This document shows positions 39,501 through 54,500 of a DNA stretch of 64,000 nucleotides, in pieces. The position numbers were made by a program, and so were the translations under genes. Source of the stretch: Nemertoderma westbladi (taxonomy: Eukaryota > Animalia > Xenacoelomorpha); assembly GCA_032718475.1 (NCBI GenBank), contig JAUCBJ010009043.1, positions 1 through 64,000 on the forward strand, given 5' to 3'. The notes beneath the pieces are model-generated. The model worked only from the letters and a program-made list of their open reading frames with translations. It did no database searches and was not told the origin of the DNA. Each line of letters starts with the position of its first letter. Position 1 is the stretch's first letter.

Positions 39501-40515
39501 GTAAATTTACACACTTATATTATTTTGATGATAAATTTAAAAGTTTAATTGAAGATTAATTCTAATATTACGGCAATTGTTTGTGGCTGTTACAACATTG
39601 TGACAATTGTTTGTGGCTTTCAAAACATTACGAAAATCGTTTGTTGCTGTCACAATATTACGACAGTTTGTTGTGGCTGTCACAACATTTCGACCATTGT
39701 TTGTGGCTTTCAAAACATTACGAAAATCGTTTGTTGCTGTCACAACATTGCGACAATTGTTTGTGGCTGTCTCAACATTACGAAAATTGTTTGTAGCTGT
39801 CACAATATTGAGACAATTGTTTGTGGCTGTCACAACATTACGACAATTGTTTGTGGCTGTCACAACATTACGACAATTGTTTGTGGCTTTCAAAACATTA
39901 CGAAAATCGTTTGTAGCTGTCACAACATTGCGACAATTGTTTGTGGCTGTCTCAACATTACGAAAATTGTTTGTAGCTGTCCCGGTTGCACGGCATACTG
40001 CAACACAGCAGTTGTTCGTGGCTGATACAGAATTTCTCCATTGTTTGTGCGTATCACAAAACTACGACTATTGTTTGTGGCTGTCATAACATTCTGGCAA
40101 TTGTTTGCGGCTGTCACAACATTCTGAAATTGTTTGTGACTGTCACAACATTACGAAAATTTTTTGTGGCTGTCATAATATTGCGACAATTGTTTGTGGC
40201 TGTCACAATATTGCGACAATTGCTTGTGGCTGTCACAACATTACTACAATTGTTTGTGGGTGTCACAACATTCGTACAATTGTTTGTGGCAGTCCCAACA
40301 TTGCGACAACTGTTTGTGGCTGTTACAAAATTACTACAATTGATTGTGGCTGTTACAATATTCCGAAGTTGTTTGTGACTGTCCCAACACAGTTAGTTTT
40401 AGCTGTGAGATTTTGTGTGTGAAACTACCATGGTAAGAGGTTTGCAAGAGTTACTTTTTGCAAACCTGCAAGCATTGTTTCTTAACACAATCCAATGTAT
40501 CTATATTTTTTCTAG

Positions 40516-40644
40516 TTTAACGAAGAAATTGACGACATAACGGATAATATTCCGTTGATATTGGGTGGCTCTGCTGCTCCTGATAAGCAACCGATCTGCA
40601 TAAGCGATCTTGATCTACTCGATGACCTCACCGCTGATAAAGTG
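40516..40644 (+). CDS. Putative cassette exon 12, variant B
   Basis: Same splice signals, open frame. Confidence 0.55.
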
Positions 40645-41705
40645 GTAAATTTACACACTTATATTATTTTGATGATAAATTTAAAAGTTTATTTGAAGAT
40701 TAATTCTAATATTACGGCAATTGTTTGTGGCTGTTACAACATTCCTGCAATTGTTTGTGGCTGTTACAACATTGTGACAATTGATTGTGGCTGTCACAAC
40801 ATAACGACAATTGTTTGTAGCTGTCACAACATTCGTACAATTGTTTGTGGCAGTCCCAACATTGCGACAACTGTTTATGGCTGTCACAACATTCAGACAA
40901 TTGTTTGTGGCTGTTACAACATTGTGACAATTGATTGTGGCTGTCACAACATTACGACAATTGTTTGTAGCTGTCACAACATTCGTACAATTGTTTGTGG
41001 CTGTCACAACATTACGACAATTGTTTGTGGCTGTCACAACATTGCGAAAATTGTTTGTAGCTTTCACAACATTACGACAATTGTTTGTTGCTGTCACAAC
41101 ATTACGACAATTGTTTGTGGCTGTAACAACATTGCGACAATTGTTTGTTGCTGTCACAACATTACGACAATTGTTTGTGGCTGTCACAACCTTGCGACAA
41201 TTGTTTCTGACTGTCACAACATTACGATATATTTTGTGGCTGTCATAATATTGCGACAATTGTTTGTGGCTGTCACAATATTGCGACAATTGTTTTTGCC
41301 TGTCACAACATTACGACAATTGTTTGTGGCTGTCACAACATTCGGACAATTGTTTGTGGCTGTCACAACATTACGACAATTGTTTGTGACTGTTACAACA
41401 TTGCGACAATTGTTTGTGGCTGTCACAACATTCGGACAATTGTTTGTGGCAGTCCCAACATTGCGACAAATGTTTGTGGCTGTCACAACATTCAGACAAT
41501 TGTTTGTGGCTGTTACAAAATTACTACAATTGATTGTGGCTGTCACAATAATCCGAAGTTGTTTGTGACTGTCCCAACACAGTTAGTTTTAGCTGTAAGA
41601 TATTGTGTGTGAAACTACCATGGTAAGAGGTTTGCAAGAGTTACTTTTTGCAAACCTGCAAGCATTGTTTATTAACACAATCCAATGTATCTATATTTTT
41701 TCTAG

Positions 41706-41834
41706 TTTAGCGAAGAAATTGACGTCATAACGGATAATATTCCGTTGATATTGGGTGGCTCTGCTGCTCCTGATAAGCAACCGATCTGCATAAGCGATGT
41801 TGATCTGCTCGATGAACCCACCGCTGATAAAGAG
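41706..41834 (+). CDS. Putative cassette exon 13, variant C
   Basis: Same splice signals, open frame. Confidence 0.55.
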
Positions 41835-42998
41835 GTAAATTTACACACTTATATTATTTTGATGATAAATTTAAAAGTTTATTTGAAGATTAATTCTAAT
41901 ATTACGGCAATTGTTTGTGGCTGTTACAACATTGTGACAATTGTTTGTGGCTTTCAAAACATTACGAAAATCGTTTGTTGCTGTCACAATATTACGACAG
42001 TTTGTTGTGGCTGTCACAACATTTCGACCATTGTTTGTGGCTTTCAAAACATTACGAAAATCGTTTGTTGCTGTCACAACATTGCGACAATTGTTTGTGG
42101 CTGTCTCAACATTACGAAAATTGTTTGTAGCTGTCACAATATTGAGACAATTGTTTGTGGCTGTCACAACATTACGACAATTGTTTGTGGCTGTCACAAC
42201 ATTACGACAATTGTTTGTGGCTTTCAAAACATTACGAAAATCGTTTGTAGCTGTCACAACATTGCGACAATTGTTTGTGGCTGTCTCAACATTACGAAAA
42301 TTGTTTGTAGCTGTCCCGGTTGCACGGCATACTGCAACACAGCAGTTGTTCGTGGCTGATACAGAATTTCTCCATTGTTTGTGCGTATCACAAAACTACG
42401 ACTATTGTTTGTGGCTGTCATAACATTCTGGCAATTGTTTGCGGCTGTCACAACATTCTGAAATTGTTTGTGACTGTCACAACATTACGAAAATTTTTTG
42501 TGGCTGTCATAATATTGCGACAATTGTTTGTGGCTGTCACAATATTGCGACAATTGCTTGCGGCTGTCACAACATTACTACAATTGTTTGTGGCTGTCAC
42601 AACATTTGGACAATTGTTTGTGGCTGTCTCAACATTCGGACAATTGTTTGTGGCTGTCACAACATTACGACAATTGTTTGTGGCTGTTACAACATTGCGA
42701 CAAATGTTTGTGGCTGTCACAACATTCGGACAATTGTTTGTGGCAGTCCCAACATTGCGACAACTGTTTGTGGCTGTCACAACATTCAGACAATTGTTTG
42801 TGGCTGTCACAAAATTACTACAATTTATTGTGGCGGTCACAATATTCGGAAAATTTTGTTAGTGTCCCAACACAGTTAGTTTTAGCTGTGAGATTTTGTG
42901 TGTGAAACTACCATGGTAAGAGGTTTGCAAGAGTTACTTTTTGCAAACCTGCAAGCATTGTTTATTAACACAATCCAATGTATCTATATTTTTTCTAG

Positions 42999-43127
42999 TT
43001 TAACGAAGAAATTGACAACATAACGGTTAATATTCAGTTGATATTGGGTGGCTCTGCTGCTCCTGATAAGCAACCGATCTGCATAAGCGATGTTGATCTG
43101 CTCGATGACCTCATCGCTGATAAAGAG
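42999..43127 (+). CDS. Putative cassette exon 14, variant D
   Basis: Same splice signals, open frame. Confidence 0.55.
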
Positions 43128-46059
43128 GTAAATTTACACACTTATATTATTTTGATGATAAATTTAAAAGTTTATTTGAAGATTAATTCTAATATTACGG
43201 CAATTGTTTGCGGCTGTTACAACATTCCTGCAATTGTTTGTGGTTGTCACAACATTGCGACAATTGATTGTGGCTGTCACAATATTACGACAATTGTTTG
43301 TGGTTGTCACAACATTGCGACAATTGTTTGTGGCTGTCACAATATTCCGAAAATTTTTTGTGGCTGTCACAATATTACGACAATTGTTTGTGGCTGTCGC
43401 AACATTAGGATAATTGTTTGTAGCTGTCACAACATTCGGACAATTTTTTGTGGCCGTCACAACATTACGACAATTGTTTGTAGCTGTCACAATATTACGA
43501 CAATTGTTTGTGGCTGTCGTAACATTACGACAATTGTTTGTGGCTGTCACAATATTACGACAATTGTTTGTGGCTGTCACAACATTGTGACAATTGATTG
43601 TGGCTGTCACAATATTACGACAATTGTTTGTAGCTGTCACAATATTACGACAATTCTTTGTGGCTGTCATTACATTGCGACAATTGTATGTGGCTGTCAC
43701 AAGATTGCTACAATTGTTTGTGGTTGTCACAACATTGCGACAATTGTTTGTGGCTGTCACAATAATCCGAAAATTTTTTGTGGCTGCCACAATATTACGA
43801 CAATTGTTTGTGGCTGTCGCAACATTAGGACAATTGTTTGTGGCTGTCACAACATTCGGACAATTGTTTATGGCCATCACAACATTACGACAATTGTTTG
43901 TGGTTGTCACAACATTACGACAATTGTTTGTGGCTGTTACAACATTCGGACAATTGTTTGTGGCCGTCACAACATTACGACAATTGTTTGTAGCTGTCAC
44001 AATATTACGACAATTGTTTGTGGCTGTCGCAATATTACAACAATTGTTTGTGGCTGTCACAACATTCGGACAATTGTTTGTGGTCGTCACAACATTACGA
44101 CAATTGTTTGTGGTTGTCACAACATTACGACAATTTTTTACGGCTGTCACAACAATCCGGCAATTGTTTGCGGCTGTCACAACATTCCGGAAATTGTTTG
44201 TAGCTGTCACAACAATACGACTATTATTTGTGGCTGTCACACCATTACGACAATTGTTTGTGGCTGTCACAACATTCCGACAATTGTTTGCGGCTGTTAC
44301 AATATTACGACAATTGTTTGTGGCTGTCACAACGTTACGAAAATTGTTTTCTGCTGTCACAATATTCCGACAATTGTTTGCGGCTGTCACAATATTACGA
44401 CAATTGTTTGTGGCTGTCAAAACATTACGACAATTGTTTGTGGCTGTCACAACCTTGCGACAATTGTTTGTTGCTGTCACAATTGCGACAATTTTTTGTG
44501 GCTATCACAACATTTCGACCATTGTTTGCGGCTGTCACAATATTACGACAATTGTTTGTGGCTGTCACAACATTACGACAATTGTTTGTGGCTGTCACAA
44601 CCTTGCGATAATTGTTTGTGGCTGTCACAACATTGCGACAATTTGTTGTGGCTGTCACAACATTTCGACCATTTTTTGTGGCTGTCACAACATTCCGGCA
44701 ATTGTACGCGGCTGTCACAACATTACGACAATTGTTTGTAGCTGTCACAATACTGCGACAATTGTTTGTGGCTGTCTCAACATTCCGACAATTGTTTGTA
44801 GCTGTCCCGGTTGCACGGCAGACTGCTACACTGCAGTTGTTTGTGGCTGATGCAGAATTCCTCCATTGTTTGTGCGTATTACAAAACTACGACATTTGTT
44901 TGTGGCTGTCACAACATTCCGGCATTTGTTTGCAAATGTTACAACATTCTGAAATTTTTTGTGACTGTCACAACATTACGACAATTTATTGTGGCTGTCA
45001 CAATATTGCTACAATTGTTTGTGGCTATCACAATATTGCGACAATTGTTTGTAGCTGTCACAACATTCGTACAATTGTTTGTGGCTGTCACAACATTACG
45101 ACAATTGTTTGTAGCTGTCACAACATTCGTACAATTGTTTGTGGCAGTCACAACATTACGACAATTGTTTGTGGCTGTCACAACATTGCGACAATTGTTT
45201 GTAGCTGTCACAACATTACGACAATTGTTTGTGGTTGTCACAACATTACGACAATTGTTTGTGGCTGTTACAACATTGTGACAATTGATTGTGGCTGTCA
45301 CAACATTACGACAATTGTTTGTAGCTGTCACAACATTCGTACAATTGTTTGTGGCTGTCACAACATTACGACAATTGTTTGTGGCTGTCACAACATTGCG
45401 ACAATTGTTTGTAGCTGTCACAACATTACGACAATTGTTTGTTGCTGTCACAACATTACGACAATTGTTTGTGGCTGTAACAACATTGCGACAATTGTTT
45501 GTGGCTGTCACAACATTACGACAATTGTTTGTGGCTGTCACAACCTTGCGACAATTGTTTGTGACTGTCACAACATTACGATATTTTTTGTGGCTGTCAA
45601 AATATTTCGACAATTGTTTGTGGCTGTCACAATATTGCGACAATTGTTTTTGGCTGTCACAACATTACGACAATTGTTTGTGGCTGTCACAACATTCGGA
45701 CAATTGTTTGTGGCTGTCACAACATTACGACAATTGTTTGTGACTGTTACAACATTGCGACAATTGTTTGTGGCTGTCACAACATTCGGACAATTGTTTG
45801 TGGCAGTCCCAACATTGCGACAAATGTTTGTGGCTGTCACAACATTCAGACAATTGTTTGTGGCTGTTACAAAATTACTACAATTGATTGTGGCTGTTAC
45901 AATATTCCGAAGTTGTTTGTGATTGTCCCAACACAGTTAGTTTTAGCTGTGAGATTTTGTGTGTGAAACTACCATGGTAAGAGGTTTGCAAGAGTTACTT
46001 TTTGCAAACCTGCAAGCATTGTTTATTAACACAATCCAAAGTATCTATATTTTTTCTAG

Positions 46060-46188
46060 TTGAACGAAGAAATTGACGACATAACGGATAATATTCCGTT
46101 GATATTGGGTGGCTCTGCTGCTCCTGATAAGCAACCGATCTGCATAAGCGATCTTGATCTGCTCGATGACCTCATCGCTGATAAAGAG
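46060..46188 (+). CDS. Putative cassette exon 15, variant E (LNEE...LIADKE)
   Basis: Same splice signals, open frame. Confidence 0.55.
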
Positions 46189-49100
46189 GTAAATTTACAC
46201 ACTTATATTATTTTGATGATAAATTTAAAAGTTTATTTGAAGATTAATTCTAATATTACGGCAATTGTTTGTGGCTGTTACAACATTCCTGCAATTGTTT
46301 GTGGCTGTCACAATATTACGACAATTGTTTGTGGCTGTCACAACATTGTGACAATTGATTGTGGCTGTCACAATATTACGACAATTGTTTGTATCTGTCA
46401 CAATATTACGACAATTCTTTGTGGCTGTCATTACATTGCGTCAATTGTTTGTGGCTGTCACAATATTGCTACAATTGTTTGTGGTTGTCACAATATTCCG
46501 AAATTTTTTTGTGGCTGTCACAATATTACGACAATTGTTTGTGGCTGTCGCAACATTAGGACAATTGTTTGTAGCTGTCACAACATTCGGACAATTGTTT
46601 GTGGCCGTCACAACATTACGACAATTGTTTGTGGTTGTCACAACATTACGACAATTGTTTGTGGCTGTCACAACATTCGGACAATTGTTTGTGGCTGTCA
46701 CAACATTGTGACAATTGATTGTGGCTGTCACAATATTACGACAATTGTTTGTATCTGTCACAATATTACGACAATTCTTTGTGGCTGTCATTACATTGCG
46801 TCAATTGTTTGTGGCTGTCACAATATTGCTACAATTGTTTGTGGTTGTCACAATATTCCGAAATTTTTTTGTGGCTGTCACAATATTACGACAATTGTTT
46901 GTGGCTGTCGCAACATTAGGACAATTGTTTGTAGCTGTCACAACATTCGGACAATTGTTTGTGGCCGTCACAACATTACGACAATTGTTTGTGGCTGTCG
47001 CAACATTACGACAATTGTTTGTGGCTGTCACAATATTACGACAATTGTTTCTGGCTGTCACAACATTGTGACAATTGATTGTGGCTGTCTAAATATTACG
47101 ACAATTGTTTGTAGCTGTCACAATATTACGACAATTCTTTGTGGCTGTCATTACATTGCGTCAATTGTTTGTGGCTGTCACAAGATTGCTACAATTGTTT
47201 GTGGTTGTCACAACATTGCGACAATTGTTTGTGGCTGTCACAATAATCCGAAATTTTTTTGTGGCTGTCACAATATTACGACAATTGTTTGTGGCTGTCG
47301 CAACATTAGGACAATTGTTTGTGGCTGTCACAACATTCGGACAATTGTTTGTGGCCGTCACAACATTACGACAATTGTTTGTGGCTGTCACAACCTTGCG
47401 ATAATTGTTTGTGGCTGTCACAACATTGCGACAATTTGTTGTGGCTGTCACAACATTTCGACCATTTTTTGTGGCTGTCACAACATTCCGGCAATTGTAC
47501 GCGGCTGTCACAACATTTCGACAATTGTTTGTAGCTGTCACAATACTGCGACAATTGTTTGTGGCTGTCTCAACATTCCGACAATTGTTTGTAGCTTTCC
47601 CGGTTGCACGGCAGACTGCTACACTGCAGTTGTTTGTGGCTATGCAGAATTCCTCCATTGTTTGTGCGTATTACAAAACTACGACATTTGTTTGTGGCTG
47701 TCACAACATTCCGGCATTTGTTTGCAAATGTTACAACATTCTGAAATTTTTTGTGACTGTCACAACATTACGACAATTTATTGTGGCTGTCACAATATTG
47801 CTACAATTGTTTGTGGCTATCACAATATTGCGACAATTGTTTGTAGCTGTCACAACATTCGTACAATTGTTTGTGGCTGTCACAACATTACGACAATTGT
47901 TTGTAGCTGTCACAACATTCGTACAATTGTTTGTGGCAGTCACAACATTACGACAATTGTTTGTGGCTGTCGCAACATTACGACAATTGTTTGTGGCTGT
48001 TACAACATTGTGACAATTGATTGTGGCTGTCACAATATTACGACAATTGTTTGTAGCTGTCACAACATTCGTACAATTGTTTGTGGCTGTCACAACATTA
48101 CGACAATTGTTTGTGGCTGTCACAACATTGCGACAATTGTTTGTAGCTTTCACAACATTACGACAATTGTTTGTTGCTGTCACAACATTACGACAATTGT
48201 TTGTGGCTGTAACAACATTGCGACAATTGTTTGTGGCTGTCACAACATTGTGACAATTGATTGTGGCTGTCTCAATATTACGACAATTGTTTGTAGCTGT
48301 CACAGTATTACGACAATTATTTGTGGCTGTCATTACATTGCGTCAATTGTTTGTGGCTGTCACAAGATTGCTACAATTGTTTGTGGTTGTCACAACATTG
48401 CGACAATTGTTTGTGGCTGTCACAATAATCCGAAATTTTTTTGTGGCTGTCACAATATTACGACAATTGTTTGTGGCTGTCGCAACATTAGGACAATTGT
48501 TTGTGGCTGTCACAACATTCGGACAATTGTTTGTGGCCGTCACAACATTACGACAATTGTTTGTGGTTGTCACAACATTACGACAATTGTTTGTGGCTGT
48601 TACAACATTCGGACAATTGTTTGTGGCCGTCACAACATTACGACAATTGTTTGTAGCTGTCACAATATTACGACAATTGTTTGCGGCTGTCGCAATATTA
48701 CAACAATTGTTTGTGGCTGTCACAACATTCGGACAATTGTTTGTGGTCGTCACAACATTACGACAATTGTTTGTGGTTGTCACAACATTACGACAATTTT
48801 TTGCGGCTGTCACAACAATCCAGCAATTGTTTGCGGCTGTCACAACATTCCGGAAATTGTTTGTAGCTGTCACAACAATACGACTATTATTTGTGGCTGT
48901 CACACCATTACGACAATTGTTTGTGGCTGTCACAACATTCCGACAATTGTTTGCGGCTGTTACAAAATTACGATAATTGTTTGTGGCTGTCACAACGTTA
49001 CGAAAATTGTTTTCTGCTGTCACAATATTCCGACAATTGTTTGCGGCTGTCACAATATTACGACAATTGTTTGTGGCTGTCACAACATTACGACAATTGT

Positions 49101-51391
49101 TTGTGGCTGTCACAACCTTGCGACAATTGTTTGTGGCTGTCACAACATTGCGACAATTTTTTGTGGCTATAACAACATTTCGACCAATGTTTGCGGCTGT
49201 CACAATATTACGACAATTGTTTGTGGCTGTCACAACATTACGACAATTGTTTGTGGCTGTCACAACCTTGCGATAATTGTTTGTGGCTGTCACAATACTG
49301 CGACAATTGTTTGTGGCTGTCTCAACATTCCGACAATTGTTTGTAGCTGTCCCGGTTGCACGGCAGACTGTTACACTGCAGTTGTTTGTGGCTGTTGCAG
49401 AATTCCTCCATTGTTTGTGCGTATCACAAAACTACGACATTTGTTTGTGGCTGTCACAACATTCCGGCAATTGTTTGCAGCTGTTACAACATTCTGCAAT
49501 TTTTTGTGACTGTCACAACATTACGACAATTTATGTGGCTGTCACAATATTGCTACAATTGTTTGTGGCTGTCAGAATATTGCGACAATTGTTTGTGACT
49601 GTCACAACATTGCAACAATTTGTTGTGGCTGTCACAACATTGCGACAGTTTGTTGTGGCTGTCACAACATTTCGACCATTTTTTGTGGCTGTCACAACAT
49701 TCCGGCAATTGTACGCGGCTGTCACAACATTCCGACAATTGTTTGTAGCTGTCCCGGTTGCACGGCAGACTGCTACACTGCAGTTGTTTGTGGCTGTTGC
49801 AGAATTCCTCAATTGTTTGTGCGTATCACAAAACTACGACATTTGTTTGTGGCTGTCACAACATTCCGGCATTTGTTTGCAACTGTTACAACATTCTGAA
49901 ATTTTTTGTGACTGTCACAACATTACGACAATTTTTGTGGCTGTCACAATATTGCTACAATTGTTTGTGGCTATCACAGTATTGCGACAATTGTTTGTGA
50001 CAGTGACAACATTACGATAATTTTTTGTGGCTGTCACAATATTGCGACAATTGTTTGTGGCTGTCACAATATTGAGACAATTGTTTGTGGCTGTCACAAC
50101 GTTACGACAATTGTTTGTGGCTGTCACAACATTACGACAATTGTTTGTGGCTTTGAAAACATTACGAAAATTGTTTGTAGCTGTCACAACATTGCGACAA
50201 TTGTTTGTGGCTGTCTCAACATTACGAAAATTGTTTGTAGCTGTCACAACATTGCGACAATTGTTTGTGGCTGTCTTAACATTACGAAAATTGTTTGTAG
50301 CTGTCCCGGTTGCACGGCATACTGCAACACAGCAGTTGTTCGTGGCTGATACAGAATTTCTCTATTGTTTGTGCGTATCACAAAACTACGACTATTGTTT
50401 GTGGGTGTCATAACATTCTAACAATTGTTTGCGGCTGTCACAACATTCTGAAATTGTTTGTGACTGTCACGACATTACGACAATTTTTTGTGGCTGTTAC
50501 AATATTGCGACAATTGTTTGTGGTTGTCACAATATTGAGACAATTGTTTGTGGCTGTCACAACATTACGACAATTGTTTGTGGCTGTCACAACATTACGA
50601 CAATTGTTTGTGGCTTTCAAAACATTATGAAAATTGTTTGTAGCTGTCACAACATTGCGACAATTGTTTGGGGCTCTCTCAACATTACGAAAATTGTTCG
50701 TAGCTGTCCCGGTTACACGGCATACTGCAACACAGCAGTTGTTTGTGGCTGATACATAATTTCTCCATTGTTTGTGCGTATCACAAAACTACGACTATTG
50801 TTTGTGGCTGTCATAACATTCTGGCAATTGTTTGCGGCTGTCACAACATTCTGAAATTGTTTGTGACTGTCACAACATTACGACAATTTTTTGTGGCTGT
50901 CATAATATTGCGACAATTGTTTGTGGCTGTCACAATATTGCGACAATTGCTTGTGGCTGTCACAACATTACTACAATTGTTTGTGGCTGTCACAACATTA
51001 CGACAATTGTTTGTGGCTGTCACAACATTCGGACAATTGTTTGTGGCTGTCACAACATTACGACAATTGTTTGTAGCTGTTACAACATTGCGACAAATGT
51101 TTGTAGCTGTCACAACTTTCGGACAATTGTTTGTGGCAGTCCCAACATTGCGACAACTGTTTGTGGCTGTCACAACATTCAGACAATTGTTTGTGGCTGT
51201 CACAAAATTACTACAATTTATTGTGGATGTCACAATATTCGGAAAATTTTGTTAGTGTCCCAACACAGTTAGTTTTAGCTGTGAGATTTTGTGTGTGAAT
51301 CTACCATGGTAAGAGGTTTGCAAGAGTTACTTTTTGCAAACCTGCAAGCATTGTTTATTAACACAATCCAATGTATCTATATTTTTTCTAG

Positions 51392-51520
51392 TTTAACGAA
51401 GAAATTGACGACATAACGGATAATATTCTGTTGATATTGGGTGGCTCTGCTGCTCCTGATAAGCAACCGATCTGCACAAGCGATCTTGATCTGCTCGATG
51501 AACCCACCGCTGATAAGGAG
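51392..51520 (+). CDS. Putative cassette exon 16, variant F (NILLI...CTSD...EPTADKE)
   Basis: Same splice signals, open frame. Confidence 0.55.
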
Positions 51521-54500
51521 GTAAATTTACACACTTATATTATTTTGATGATAAATTTAAAAGTTTATTTGAAGATTAATTCTAATATTACGGCAATTGT
51601 TTGTGGCTGTTACAACATTGTGACAATTGATTGTGGCTGTCACAATATTACGACAGTTTGTTGTGGCTGTCACAACATTTCGACCATTTTTTGTGGCTGT
51701 CACAAAATTCCGGCAATTGTACGCGGCTGTCACAACATTCCGACAATTGTTTGTAGCTGTCCCGGTTGCACGGCAGACTGCTACACTGCAGTTGTTTGTG
51801 GCTGTTGCAGAATTCCTCAATTGTTTGTGCGTATCACAAAACTACGACATTTGTTTGTGGCTGTCACAACATTCCGGCATTTGTTTGCAACTGTTACAAC
51901 ATTCTGAAATTTTTTGTGACTGTCACAACATTACGACAATTTTTGTGGCTGTCACAATATTGCTACAATTGCTTGTGGCTATCACAATATTGCTACAATT
52001 GTTTGTGACAGTCACAACATTACGATAATTTTTTGTGGCTGTCACAATATTGCGACAATTGTTTGTGGCTGTCACAATATTGAGACAATTGTTTGTGGCT
52101 GTCACAACATTACGACAATTGTTTGTGGCTTTCAAAACATTACGAAAATTGTTTGTAGCTGTCACAACATTGCGACAATTGTTTGTGGCTGTCTCAACAT
52201 TACGAAAATTGTTTGTAGCTGTCACAACATTGCGACAATTGTTTGTGGCTGTCTCAACATTACGAAAATTGTTTGTAGCTGTCCCGGTTGCACGGCATAC
52301 TGCAACACAGCAGTTGTTCGTGGCTGATACAGAATTTCTCTATTGTTTGTGCGTATCACAAAACTACGACTATTGTTTGTGGCTGTCATAACATTCTGAC
52401 AATTGTTTGCGGCTGTCACAACATTCTGAAATTGTTTGTGACTGTCGCGACATTACGACAATTTTTTGTGGCTGTTACAATATTGCGACAATTGTTTGTG
52501 GTTGTCACAATATTGAGACAATTGTTTGTGGCTGTCACAACATTACGACAATTGTTTGTGGCTGTCACAAAATTACGACAATTGTTTGTGGCTTTCAAAA
52601 CACTACGAAAATTGTTTGTAGCTGTCACAACATTGCGACAATTGTTTGGGGCTGTCTCAACATTACGAAAATTGTTTGTAGCTGTCCCGGTTGCACGGCA
52701 TACTGCAACACAGCAGTTGTTTGTGGCTGATACAGAATTTCTCCATTGTTTGTGCGTATCACAAAACTACGACTATTGTTTGTGGCTGTCATAACACTCT
52801 GGCAATTGTTTGCGGCTGTCACAACATTCTGAAATTGTTTGTGACTGTCACGACATTACGACAATTTTTTGTGGGTGTCATAATATTGCGACAATTGTTT
52901 GTGGCTGTCACAACATTCGGACAATTGTTTGTGGCTATCACAACATTACGACAATTGTTTGTGGCTGTTACAACATTGCGACAAATGTTTGTGGCTGTCA
53001 CAACATTCGGACAATTGTTTGTGGCTGTCACAATACTGCGACAATTGTTTGTGGCTGTCTCAACATTCCGACAATTGTTTGTAGCTGTCCCGGTTGCACG
53101 GCAGACTGTTACACTGCAGTTGTTTGTGGCTGTTGCAGAATTCCTCCATTGTTTGTGCGTATCACAAAACTACGACATTTGTTTGTGGCTGTCACAACAT
53201 TCCGGCAATTGTTTGCAGCTGTTACAACATTCTGCAATTTTTTGTGACTGTCACAACATTACGACAATTTATGTGGCTGTCACAATATTGCTACAATTGT
53301 TTGTGGCTGTCAGAATATTGCGACAATTGTTTGTGATTGTCACAACATTGGAAACAATTTGTTGTGGCTGTCACAACATTGCGACAGTTTGTTGTGGCTG
53401 TCACAACATTTCGACCATTTTTTGTGGCTGTCACAACATTCCGGCAATTGTACGCGGCTGTCACAACATTCCGACAATTGTTTGTAGCTGTCCCGGTTGC
53501 ACGGCAGACTGCTACACTGCAGTTGTTTGTGGCTGTTGCAGAATTCCTCAATTGTTTGTGCGTATCACAAAACTACGACATTTGTTTGTGGCTGTCACAA
53601 CATTCCGGCATTTGTTTGCAACTGTTACAACATTCTGAAATTTTTTGTGACTGTCACAACATTACGACAATTTTTGTGGCTGTCACAATATTGCTACAAT
53701 TGTTTGTGGCTATCACAATATTGCGACAATTGTTTGTGACAGTCACAACATTACGATAATTTTTTGTGGCTGTCACAATATTGCGACAATTGTTTGTGGC
53801 TGTCACAATATTGAGACAATTGTTTGTGGCTGTCACAACATTACGACAATTGTTTGTGGCTGTCACAACATTACGACAACTGTTTGTGGCTTTCAAAACA
53901 TTACGAAAATTGTTTGTAGCTGTCACAACATTGCGACAATTGTTTGTGGCTGTCTCAACATTACGAAAATTGTTTGTAGCTGTCACAACATTGCGACAAT
54001 TGTTTGTGGCTGTCTCAACATTACGAAAATTGTTTGTAGCTGTCCCGGTTGCACGGCATACTGCAACACAGCAGTTGTTCGTGGCTGATACAGAATTTCT
54101 CTATTGTTTGTGCGTATCACAAAACTACGACTATTGTTTGTGGCTGTCATAACATTCTGACAATTGTTTGCGGCTGTCACAACATTCTGAAATTGTTTGT
54201 GACTGTCACGACATTACGACAATTTTTTGTGACTGTTACAATATTGCGACAATTGTTTGTGGTTGTCACAATATTGAGACAATTGTTTGTGGCTGTCACA
54301 ACATTACGACAATTGTTTGTGGCTGTCACAACATTACGACAATTGTTTGTGGCTTTCAAAACATTATGAAAATTGTTTGTAGCTGTCACAACATTGCAAC
54401 AATTGATTGGGGCTGTCTCAACATTACGAAAATTGTTTGTAGCTGTCCCGGTTGCACGGCATACTGCAACACAGCAGTTGTTTGTGGCTGATACATAATT